Shown: piece by piece, positions 52,974 through 64,000 of the stretch
Numbering within the stretch: the stretch's first letter is position 1
Layout: each line of letters starts with the position of its first letter
Assembly: GCA_964016885.1 (NCBI GenBank)
Contig: OZ024745.1
Location: 59,768,001 to 59,832,000 of the forward strand
Direction: 5' to 3'
Source of the DNA: Eledone cirrhosa
Taxonomy: Eukaryota
DNA length: 64,000 nt
Notes under the pieces: generated by a model
What the model saw: the letters and a program-made list of their open reading frames with translations, nothing else
The model's database searches: none
What the model was told of the DNA's origin: nothing
Made by a program: the position numbers and the translations under genes

Positions 52974-53429
52974 GACTTGGAGTGTAAACTGCGACTTGGA
53001 GTGTAAACTGCGACTTGGAGTGTAATGTACAACTTGGAGCATAATGTACAACTTGGAGCATAATGTACGACTTGGAGCATAATGTACGACTTAGAGTGTA
53101 ATGTAGGACTTAGAGTGTAATGTAGGACTTAGAGTGTAATGTAGGACTTAGAGTGTAATGTAGGACTTAGAGTGTAATGTAGGACTAGGAGCATAATGTA
53201 GGACTAGGAGCATAATGTACGACTTGGAGTGTAATGTAGGACTTGGAGTGTAATGTAGGACTTGGAGTGTAAACTGCGAGTTGAAATATAAATTGCGACT
53301 TGGATTGTAAACCTTGACTTGCAGTGTATTGAACAACTTGGGGTGTATACTGCGGCTTGGAGTGTAAACTGCGGCTCCGAATATAAACTACGACTTGCAG
53401 TGTCATATATGACTCTGAGTGAAAACCTC
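52974..53429 (+). repeat. Cassette 16 (24 monomers; consensus haplotype)
   Basis: 456 bp; 1140 bp (60x19) after cassette 15. Confidence 0.95.
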
Positions 53430-54778
53430 GACTTGGAGTGAAAACCTCGACTTGGAGTGAGAACCTCGACTTGGAGTGAGAACCTCGACTTGGAGTGAAA
53501 ACCTCGACTTGGAGTGAGAACCTCGACTTGGAGTGAAAACCTCGACTTGGAGTGAAAACCTCGACTTGGAGTGAGAACCTCGACTTGGAGTGAAAACCTC
53601 GACTTGGAGTGAGAACCTCGACTTGGAGTGAAAACCTCGACTTGGAGTGAAAACCTCGACTTGGAGTGAGAACCTCGACTTGGAGTGAGAACCTCGACTT
53701 GGAGTGAAAACCTCGACTTGGAGTGAGAACCTCGACTTGGAGTGAGAACCTCGACTTGGAGTGAGAACCTCGACTTGGAGTGAAAACCTCGACTTGCAGT
53801 GAAAACCTCGACTTGGATTGAGAACCTCGACTTGGAGTGAAAACCTCGACTTGGAGTGAGAACCTCGACTTGGAGTGAGAACCTCGACTTGGAGTGAGAA
53901 CCTCGACTTGAAGTGAGAACCTCGACTTGGAGTGAGAACCTCGACTTGGAGTGAAAACCTCGACTTGGAGTGAAAACTTCGACTTGGAGTGAGAACCTCG
54001 ACTTGGAGTGAGAACCTCGACTTGGAGTGAGAACCTCGACTTGGAGTGAGAACCTCGACTTGGAGTGATAACCTCGACTTGGAGTGAGAACCTCGACTTG
54101 GAGTGAGAACCTCGACTTGGAGTGAAAACCTCGACTTGGAGTGAGAACCTCGACTTGGAGTGAAAACCTCGACTTGGAGTGAGAACCTCGACTTGGAGTG
54201 AAAACCTCGACTTTGAGTGAGAACCTCGACTTGGAGTGAGAACCTCGACTTGGAGTGAAAACCTCGACTTGGAGTGAAAACCTCGACTTGGAGTGAAAAC
54301 CTCGACTTGGAGTGAGAACCTCGACTTGGAGTGAAAACCTCGACTTGGAGTGAAAACCTCGACTTGGAGTGAGAACCTCGACTTGGAGTGAGAACCTCGA
54401 CTTGGAGTGAGAACCTCGACTTGGAGTGTAAACTGCGACTCTGAGTGAAAACCTCGACTTGGAGTGAGAACCTCGACTTGGAGTGAAAACCTCGACTTGG
54501 AGTGAGAACCTCGACTTGGAGTCAGAACCTCGACTTGGAGTCAGAACCTCGACTTGGAGTCAGAACCTCGACTTGGAGTCAGAACCTCGACTTGGAGTCA
54601 GAACCTCGACTTGGAGTGAAAACCTCGACTTGGAGTGAAAACCTCGACTTGGAGTGAGAACCTCGACTTGGAGTGAAAACCTCGACTTGGAGTGAGAACC
54701 TCTACTTGGAGTGAAAACCTCGACTTGGAGTGTAAACTGCGACTTGGAGTGAGAACCTCGACTTGGAGTGAAAACCTC

Positions 54779-55215
54779 GACTTGGAGTGTAAACTGCGAC
54801 TTGGAGTGTAAACTGCGACTTGGAGTGTAATGTACAACTTGGAGCATAATGTACAACTTGGAGCATAATGTACGACTTGGAGCATAATGTACGACTTAGA
54901 GTGTAATGTAGGACTTAGAGTGTAATGTAGGACTTAGAGTGTAATGTAGGACTTAGAGTGTAATGTAGGACTTAGAGTGTAATGTAGGACTAGGAGCATA
55001 ATGTAGGACTAGGAGCATAATGTACGACTTGGAGTGTAATGTAGGACTTGGAGTGTAAACTGCGAGTTGAAATATAAATTGCGACTTGGATTGTAAACCT
55101 TGACTTGCAGTGTATTGAACAACTTGGGGTGTATACTGCGGCTTGGAGTGTAAACTGCGGCTCCGAATATAAACTACGACTTGCAGTGTCATATATGACT
55201 CTGAGTGAAAACCTC
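54779..55215 (+). repeat. Cassette 17 (23 monomers; consensus haplotype)
   Basis: One GACTTGGAGTGTAATGTAG monomer fewer; 437 bp. Confidence 0.95.
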
Positions 55216-58008
55216 GACTTGGAGTGAAAACCTCGACTTGGAGTGAGAACCTCGACTTGGAGTGAAAACCTCGACTTGGAGTGAAAACCTCGACTTGGAG
55301 TGAGAACCTCGACTTGGAGTGAAAACCTCGACTTGGAGTGAAAACCTCGACTTGGAGTGAGAACCTCGACTTGGAGTGAAAACCTCGACTTGGAGTGAGA
55401 ACGTCGACTTGGAGTGAAAACCTCGACTTGGAGTGAAAACCTCGACTTGGAGTGAGAACCTCGACTTGGAGTGAGAACCTCGACTTGGAGTGAAAACCTC
55501 GACTTGGAGTGAGAACCTCGACTTGGAGTGAGAACCTCGACTTGGAGTGAGAACCTCGACTTGGAGTGAAAACCTCGACTTGGAGTGAAAACCTCGACTT
55601 GGATTGAGAACCTCGACTTGGAGTGAAAACCTCGACTTGGAGTGAGAACCTCGACTTGGAGTGAGAACCTCGACTTGGAGTGAGAACCTCGACTTGAAGT
55701 GAGAACCTCGACTTGGAGTGAGAACCTCGACTTGGAGTGAAAACCTCGACTTGGAGTGAAAACTTCGACTTGGAATGAGAACCTCGACTTGGAGTGAGAA
55801 CCTCGACTTGGAGTGAGAACCTCGACTTGGAGTGAGAACCTCGACTTGGAGTGATAACCTCGACTTGGAGTGAGAACCTCGACTTGGAGTGAGAACCTCG
55901 ACTTGGAGTGAAAACCTCGACTTGGAGTGAGAACCTCGACTTGGAGTGAAAACCTCGACTTGGAGTGAGAACCTCGACTTGGAGTGAGAACCTCGACTTG
56001 GAGTGAGAACCTCGACTTTGAGTGAGAACCTCGACTTGGAGTGAGAACCTCGACTTGGAGTGAGAACCTCGACTTGGAGTGAGAACCTCGACTTGGAGTG
56101 AGAACCTCGACTTGGAGTGAGAACCTCGACTTGGAGAGAGAACCTCGACTTGGAGTGAAAACCTCGACTTGGAGTGAGAACCTCGACTTGGAGTGAAAAC
56201 CTCGACTTGGAGTGAGAACCTCGACTTGGAGTGAAAACCTCGACTTGGAGTGAGAACCTCGACTTGGAGTGAAAACCTCGACTTGGAGTGAGAACCTCGA
56301 CTTGGAGTGAAAACTTCGACTTGGAGTGAGAACCTCGACTTGGAGTGAAAACCTCGACTTGGAGTGAGAACCTCGACTTGGAGTGAGAACCTCGACTTTG
56401 AGTGAAAACCTCGACTTGGAGAGAGAACCTCGACTTGGAGAAAGAACCTCGACTTGGAGCTAAAACCTCGACTTTGAGTGAAAACCTCGACTTGGAGTGA
56501 AAACCTCGACTTGGAGTGAGAACCTCGACTTGGAGTGGAAACCTCGACTTGGAGTGGAAACCTCGACTTGGAGTGAAAACCTCGACTTGGAGTGAGAACC
56601 TCGACTTGGAGTGAGAACCTCGACTTGGAGTGAGAACCTCGACTTGGAGTGAGAACCTCGACTTGGAGTGACAACCTCGACTTGGAGTGAAAACCTCGAC
56701 TTGGAGTGAAAACCTCGACTTGGAGTGAAAACCTCGACTTGGAGTGAGAACCTCGACTTGGAGTGAGAACCTCGACTTGGAGTGAAAACCTCGAGTTGGA
56801 GTGAGAACCTTGACTTGGAGTGAGAACCTCGACTTGGAGTGAAAACCTCGACTTGGAGTGAGAACCTCGACTTGGAGTGAGAACCTCGACTTGGAGTGAG
56901 AACCTCGACGTGGAGTGAGAACCTCGACTTGGAGTGAGAACCTCGACTTGGAGTGAAAACCTCGACTTGGAGTGAGAACCTCGACTTGGAGTGAAAACCT
57001 CGACTTGGTGTGAGAACCTCGACTTGGAGTGAGAACCTCGACTTGGTGTGAGAACCTCGACTTGGAGTGAAAACCTCGACTTGGAGTGAAAACCTCGACT
57101 TGGAGTGAAAACCTCGACTTGGAGTGAGAACCTCGACTTGGAGTGAGAACCTCGACTTGGAGTGAGAACCTCGACTTGGAGTGAGAACCTCGACTTGCAG
57201 TGAAAACCTCGACTTGGAGTGAGAACCTCGACTTGCAGTGAAAACCTCGACTTGGAGTGAGAACCTCGACTTGCAGTGAAAACCTCGACTTGGAGTGAGA
57301 ACCTCGACTTGCAGTGAAAACCTCGACTTGGAGTGAGAACCTCGACTTGGAGTGAAAACCTCGACTTGCAGTGAAAACCTCGACTTGGAGTGAGAACCTC
57401 GACTTGGAGTGAAAACCTCGACTTGGAGTGAAAACCTCGACTTGGAATGAAAACCTCGACTTGGAGTGAGAACCTCGACTTGGAGTGAGAACCTCGACTT
57501 GGAGTGAGAACCTCGACTTGGAGTGAGAACCTCGACTTGGAGTGAGAACCTCGACTTGGAGTGTAAACTGCGACTCTGAGTGAAAACCTCGACTTGGAGT
57601 GAGAACCTCGACTTGGAGTGAAAACCTCGACTTGGAGTGAGAACCTCGACTTGGAGTGAGAACCTCGACTTGGAGTGAAAACCTCGACTTGGAGTGAAAA
57701 CCTCGACTTGGAGTGAAAACCTCGACTTGGAGTGAGAACCTCGACTTGGAGTGAAAACCTCGACTTGGAGTGAGAACCTCGACTTGGAGTGAGAACCTCG
57801 ACTTGGAGTGAGAACCTCGACTTGGAGTGAGAACCTCGACTCGGAGTGAAAACCTCGACTTGGAGTGAGAACCTCGACTTGGAGTGAGAACGTCGACTTG
57901 GAGTGAAAACCTCGACTTGGAGTGAGAACCTCTACTTGGAGTGAAAACCTCGACTTGGAGTGTAAACTGCGACTTGGAGTGAGAACCTCGACTTGGAGTG
58001 AAAACCTC

Positions 58009-58426
58009 GACTTGGAGTGTAAACTGCGACTTGGAGTGTAAACTGCGACTTGGAGTGTAATGTACAACTTGGAGCATAATGTACAACTTGGAGCATAATG
58101 TACGACTTGGAGCATAATGTACGACTTAGAGTGTAATGTAGGACTTAGAGTGTAATGTAGGACTTAGAGTGTAATGTAGGACTAGGAGCATAATGTAGGA
58201 CTAGGAGCATAATGTACGACTTGGAGTGTAATGTAGGACTTGGAGTGTAATGTAGGACTTGGAGTGTAAACTGCGAGTTGAAATATAAATTGCGACTTGG
58301 ATTGTAAACCTTGACTTGCAGTGTATTGAACAACTTGGGGTGTATACTGCGGCTTGGAGTGTAAACTGCGGCTCCGAATATAAACTACGACTTGCAGTGT
58401 CATATATGACTCTGAGTGAAAACCTC
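58009..58426 (+). repeat. Cassette 18 (22 monomers; consensus haplotype)
   Basis: 3 TTAG monomers; 418 bp. Confidence 0.95.
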
Positions 58427-58825
58427 GACTTGGAGTGAAAACCTCGACTTGGAGTGAGAACCTCGACTTGGAGTGAGAACCTCGACTTGGAGTGAAAACC
58501 TCGACTTGGAGTGAGAACCTCGACTTGGAGTGAAAACCTCGACTTGGAGTGAAAACCTCGACTTGGAGTGAGAACCTCGACTTGGAGTGAGAACCTCGAC
58601 TTGGAGTGAGAACCTCGACTTGGAGTGAGAACCTCGACTTGCAGTGAAAACCTCGACTTGGAGTGAGAACCTCGACTTGCAGTGAAAACCTCGACTTGGA
58701 GTGAGAACCTCGACTTGGAGTGAAAACCTCGACTTGGAGTGAGAACCTCTACTTGGAGTGAAAACCTCGACTTGGAGTGTAAACTGCGACTTGGAGTGAG
58801 AACCTCGACTTGGAGTGAAAACCTC

Positions 58826-59281
58826 GACTTGGAGTGTAAACTGCGACTTGGAGTGTAAACTGCGACTTGGAGTGTAATGTACAACTTGGAGCATAATGTA
58901 CAACTTGGAGCATAATGTACGACTTGGAGCATAATGTACGACTTAGAGTGTAATGTAGGACTTAGAGTGTAATGTAGGACTTAGAGTGTAATGTAGGACT
59001 TAGAGTGTAATGTAGGACTTAGAGTGTAATGTAGGACTAGGAGCATAATGTAGGACTAGGAGCATAATGTACGACTTGGAGTGTAATGTAGGACTTGGAG
59101 TGTAATGTAGGACTTGGAGTGTAAACTGCGAGTTGAAATATAAATTGCGACTTGGATTGTAAACCTTGACTTGCAGTGTATTGAACAACTTGGGGTGTAT
59201 ACTGCGGCTTGGAGTGTAAACTGCGGCTCCGAATATAAACTACGACTTGCAGTGTCATATATGACTCTGAGTGAAAACCTC
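58826..59281 (+). repeat. Cassette 19 (24 monomers; consensus haplotype)
   Basis: 456 bp. Confidence 0.95.
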
Positions 59282-62169
59282 GACTTGGAGTGAAAACCTC
59301 GACTTGGAGTGAGAACCTCGACTTGGAGTGAGAACCTCGACTTGGAGTGAAAACCTCGACTTGGAGTGAGAACCTCGACTTGGAGTGAAAACCTCGACTT
59401 GGAGTGAAAACCTCGACTTGGAGTGAGAACCTCGACTTGGAGTGAAAACCTCGACTTGGAGTGAGAACCTCGACTTGGAGTGAAAACCTCGACTTGGAGT
59501 GAAAACCTCGACTTGGAGTGAGAACCTCGACTTGGAGTGAGAACCTCGACTTGGAGTGAAAACCTCGACTTGGAGTGAGAACCTCGACTTGGAGTGAGAA
59601 CCTCGACTTGGAGTGAGAACCTCGACTTGGAGTGAAAACCTCGACTTGCAGTGAAAACCTCGACTTGGATTGAGAACCTCGACTTGGAGTGAGAACCTCG
59701 ACTTGGAGTGAGAACCTCGACTTGGAGTGAAAACCTCGACTTGGAGTGAAAACCTCGACTTGGATTGAGAACCTCGACTTGGAGTGAAAACCTCGACTTG
59801 GAGTGAGAACCTCGACTTGGAGTGAGAACCTCGACTTGGAGTGAGAACCTCGACTTGAAGTGAGAACCTCGACTTGGAGTGAGAACCTCGACTTGGAGTG
59901 AAAACCTCGACTTGGAGTGAAAACTTCGACTTGGAATGAGAACCTCGACTTGGAGTGAGAACCTCGACTTGGAGTGAGAACCTCGACTTGGAGTGAGAAC
60001 CTCGACTTGGAGTGATAACCTCGACTTGGAGTGAGAACCTCGACTTGGAGTGAGAACCTCGACTTGGAGTGAAAACCTCGACTTGGAGTGAGAACCTCGA
60101 CTTGGAGTGAAAACCTCGACTTGGAGTGAGAACCTCGACTTGGAGTGAGAACCTCGACTTGGAGTGAGAACCTCGACTTTGAGTGAGAACCTCGACTTGG
60201 AGTGAGAACCTCGACTTGGAGTGAGAACCTCGACTTGGAGTGAGAACCTCGACTTGGAGTGAGAACCTCGACTTGGAGTGAGAACCTCGACTTGGAGAGA
60301 GAACCTCGACTTGGAGTGAAAACCTCGACTTGGAGTGAGAACCTCGACTTGGAGTGAAAACCTCGACTTGGAGTGAGAACCTCGACTTGGAGTGAAAACC
60401 TCGACTTGGAGTGAGAACCTCGACTTGGAGTGAAAACCTCGACTTGGAGTGAGAACCTCGACTTGGAGTGAAAACTTCGACTTGGAGTGAGAACCTCGAC
60501 TTGGAGTGAAAACCTCGACTTGGAGTGAGAACCTCGACTTGGAGTGAGAACCTCGACTTTGAGTGAAAACCTCGACTTGGAGAGAGAACCTCGACTTGGA
60601 GAAAGAACCTCGACTTGGAGCTAAAACCTCGACTTTGAGTGAAAACCTCGACTTGGAGTGAAAACCTCGACTTGGAGTGAGAACCTCGACTTGGAGTGGA
60701 AACCTCGACTTGGAGTGGAAACCTCGACTTGGAGTGAAAACCTCGACTTGGAGTGAGAACCTCGACTTGGAGTGAGAACCTCGACTTGGAGTGAGAACCT
60801 CGACTTGGAGTGAGAACCTCGACTTGGAGTGACAACCTCGACTTGGAGTGAAAACCTCGACTTGGAGTGAAAACCTCGACTTGGAGTGAAAACCTCGACT
60901 TGGAGTGAGAACCTCGACTTGGAGTGAGAACCTCGACTTGGAGTGAAAACCTCGAGTTGGAGTGAGAACCTTGACTTGGAGTGAGAACCTCGACTTGGAG
61001 TGAAAACCTCGACTTGGAGTGAGAACCTCGACTTGGAGTGAGAACCTCGACTTGGAGTGAGAACCTCGACGTGGAGTGAGAACCTCGACTTGGAGTGAGA
61101 ACCTCGACTTGGAGTGAAAACCTCGACTTGGAGTGAGAACCTCGACTTGGAGTGAAAACCTCGACTTGGTGTGAGAACCTCGACTTGGAGTGAGAACCTC
61201 GACTTGGTGTGAGAACCTCGACTTGGAGTGAAAACCTCGACTTGGAGTGAAAACCTCGACTTGGAGTGAAAACCTCGACTTGGAGTGAGAACCTCGACTT
61301 GGAGTGAGAACCTCGACTTGGAGTGAGAACCTCGACTTGGAGTGAGAACCTCGACTTGCAGTGAAAACCTCGACTTGGAGTGAGAACCTCGACTTGCAGT
61401 GAAAACCTCGACTTGGAGTGAGAACCTCGACTTGCAGTGAAAACCTCGACTTGGAGTGAGAACCTCGACTTGCAGTGAAAACCTCGACTTGGAGTGAGAA
61501 CCTCGACTTGGAGTGAAAACCTCGACTTGCAGTGAAAACCTCGACTTGGAGTGAGAACCTCGACTTGGAGTGAAAACCTCGACTTGGAGTGAAAACCTCG
61601 ACTTGGAATGAAAACCTCGACTTGGAGTGAGAACCTCGACTTGGAGTGAGAACCTCGACTTGGAGTGAGAACCTCGACTTGGAGTGAGAACCTCGACTTG
61701 GAGTGAGAACCTCGACTTGGAGTGTAAACTGCGACTCTGAGTGAAAACCTCGACTTGGAGTGAGAACCTCGACTTGGAGTGAAAACCTCGACTTGGAGTG
61801 AGAACCTCGACTTGGAGTGAGAACCTCGACTTGGAGTGAAAACCTCGACTTGGAGTGAAAACCTCGACTTGGAGTGAAAACCTCGACTTGGAGTGAGAAC
61901 CTCGACTTGGAGTGAAAACCTCGACTTGGAGTGAGAACCTCGACTTGGAGTGAGAACCTCGACTTGGAGTGAGAACCTCGACTTGGAGTGAGAACCTCGA
62001 CTCGGAGTGAAAACCTCGACTTGGAGTGAGAACCTCGACTTGGAGTGAGAACGTCGACTTGGAGTGAAAACCTCGACTTGGAGTGAGAACCTCTACTTGG
62101 AGTGAAAACCTCGACTTGGAGTGTAAACTGCGACTTGGAGTGAGAACCTCGACTTGGAGTGAAAACCTC

Positions 62170-62587
62170 GACTTGGAGTGTAAACTGCGACTTGGAGTGT
62201 AAACTGCGACTTGGAGTGTAATGTACAACTTGGAGCATAATGTACAACTTGGAGCATAATGTACGACTTGGAGCATAATGTACGACTTAGAGTGTAATGT
62301 AGGACTTAGAGTGTAATGTAGGACTTAGAGTGTAATGTAGGACTAGGAGCATAATGTAGGACTAGGAGCATAATGTACGACTTGGAGTGTAATGTAGGAC
62401 TTGGAGTGTAATGTAGGACTTGGAGTGTAAACTGCGAGTTGAAATATAAATTGCGACTTGGATTGTAAACCTTGACTTGCAGTGTATTGAACAACTTGGG
62501 GTGTATACTGCGGCTTGGAGTGTAAACTGCGGCTCCGAATATAAACTACGACTTGCAGTGTCATATATGACTCTGAGTGAAAACCTC
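62170..62587 (+). repeat. Cassette 20 (22 monomers; copy of cassette 18 at +4161)
   Basis: 3 TTAG monomers; 418 bp. Confidence 0.95.
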
Positions 62588-63537
62588 GACTTGGAGTGAA
62601 AACCTCGACTTGGAGTGAGAACCTCGACTTGGAGTGAGAACCTCGACTTGGAGTGAAAACCTCGACTTGGAGTGAGAACCTCGACTTGGAGTGAAAACCT
62701 CGACTTGGAGTGAAAACCTCGACTTGGAGTGAGAACCTCGACTTGGAGTGAGAACCTCGACTTGGAGTGAGAACCTCGACTTGGAGTGAGAACCTCGACT
62801 TGCAGTGAAAACCTCGACTTGGAGTGAGAACCTCGACTTGCAGTGAAAACCTCGACTTGGAGTGAGAACCTCGACTTGGAGTGAAAACCTCGACTTGCAG
62901 TGAAAACCTCGACTTGGAGTGAGAACCTCGACTTGGAGTGAAAACCTCGACTTGGAGTGAAAACCTCGACTTGGAATGAAAACCTCGACTTGGAGTGAGA
63001 ACCTCGACTTGGAGTGAGAACCTCGACTTGGAGTGAGAACCTCGACTTGGAGTGAGAACCTCGACTTGGAGTGAGAACCTCGACTTGGAGTGTAAACTGC
63101 GACTCTGAGTGAAAACCTCGACTTGGAGTGAGAACCTCGACTTGGAGTGAAAACCTCGACTTGGAGTGAGAACCTCGACTTGGAGTGAGAACCTCGACTT
63201 GGAGTGAAAACCTCGACTTGGAGTGAAAACCTCGACTTGGAGTGAAAACCTCGACTTGGAGTGAGAACCTCGACTTGGAGTGAAAACCTCGACTTGGAGT
63301 GAGAACCTCGACTTGGAGTGAGAACCTCGACTTGGAGTGAGAACCTCGACTTGGAGTGAGAACCTCGACTCGGAGTGAAAACCTCGACTTGGAGTGAGAA
63401 CCTCGACTTGGAGTGAGAACGTCGACTTGGAGTGAAAACCTCGACTTGGAGTGAGAACCTCTACTTGGAGTGAAAACCTCGACTTGGAGTGTAAACTGCG
63501 ACTTGGAGTGAGAACCTCGACTTGGAGTGAAAACCTC

Positions 63538-63955
63538 GACTTGGAGTGTAAACTGCGACTTGGAGTGTAAACTGCGACTTGGAGTGTAATGTACAACTTG
63601 GAGCATAATGTACAACTTGGAGCATAATGTACGACTTGGAGCATAATGTACGACTTAGAGTGTAATGTAGGACTTAGAGTGTAATGTAGGACTTAGAGTG
63701 TAATGTAGGACTAGGAGCATAATGTAGGACTAGGAGCATAATGTACGACTTGGAGTGTAATGTAGGACTTGGAGTGTAATGTAGGACTTGGAGTGTAAAC
63801 TGCGAGTTGAAATATAAATTGCGACTTGGATTGTAAACCTTGACTTGCAGTGTATTGAACAACTTGGGGTGTATACTGCGGCTTGGAGTGTAAACTGCGG
63901 CTCCGAATATAAACTACGACTTGCAGTGTCATATATGACTCTGAGTGAAAACCTC
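63538..63955 (+). repeat. Cassette 21 (22 monomers; copy of cassette 20 at +1368)
   Basis: 3 TTAG monomers; 418 bp. Confidence 0.95.
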
Positions 63956-64000
63956 GACTTGGAGTGAAAACCTCGACTTGGAGTGAGAACCTCGACTTGG

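Larger units (their letters stand above)
55520..62896 (+). repeat. Recent ~3.2 kb segmental duplication within the array (about 55520-58735 = 59681-62896; offset 4161 = 219x19)
   Basis: Private variant pair GAGAAAGAACC...GAGCTAAAACC at 56441 and 60602. ORF translations 56460-58115 and 60621-62276 are identical. Confidence 0.92.
30289..64000 (+). repeat. 19-bp tandem satellite array, right contig, same monomer and orientation
   Basis: Same monomer and same cassettes as the left side. The first ~7 kb is indel-rich. Confidence 0.99.

Noticed and set aside
1609-63932. Dozens of long minus-strand ORFs (up to 2175 aa) of SRFSLQVEVLTPSRGFHSK repeats
   Set aside because: They overlap in all three frames with the same peptide, the period is 19 nt rather than a multiple of 3, and there is no unique domain or codon-position bias. 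They are an arithmetic result of a stop-free monomer and are not annotated as CDS.
1-64000. Telomeric repeat array with a long (yeast-type) unit
   Set aside because: There is no marked G-rich strand or G-run. The size, kb-scale duplications and fixed cassettes point to recombination-based turnover rather than telomerase addition.

Overview
The whole 64 kb window is one uninterrupted head-to-tail satellite/minisatellite array of a 19-bp monomer, GACTTGGAGTGA[A/G]AACCTC (about 3,350 copies, one orientation), split by a 200-N scaffold gap at 30089-30288. I see no credible protein-coding gene, RNA gene, CRISPR array or transposon. The long minus-strand ORFs follow arithmetically from a stop-free 19-mer read through all three frames. 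The structure above the monomer is the interesting part. (1) There are 21 copies of a 380-475 bp AT-richer 'cassette' built from diverged 19-mers in a fixed order, irregularly spaced but almost always in exact 19-bp register. (2) The 19 cassettes with an intact right end all finish in the same 20-bp near-perfect palindrome, CAGTGTCATATATGACTCTG. (3) About 28 two-monomer 'empty cassette' junctions join the cassette's first and last monomer types directly. (4) Cassette SNP haplotypes and rare monomer variants reveal nested duplications from 57 bp to about 34 kb. (5) An indel-rich zone beside the gap is probably consensus error. The most likely source is a eukaryotic (peri)centromeric or heterochromatic satellite in a scaffolded assembly. 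That is inference; the organism cannot be identified from the sequence alone. All counts and offsets were read by eye.
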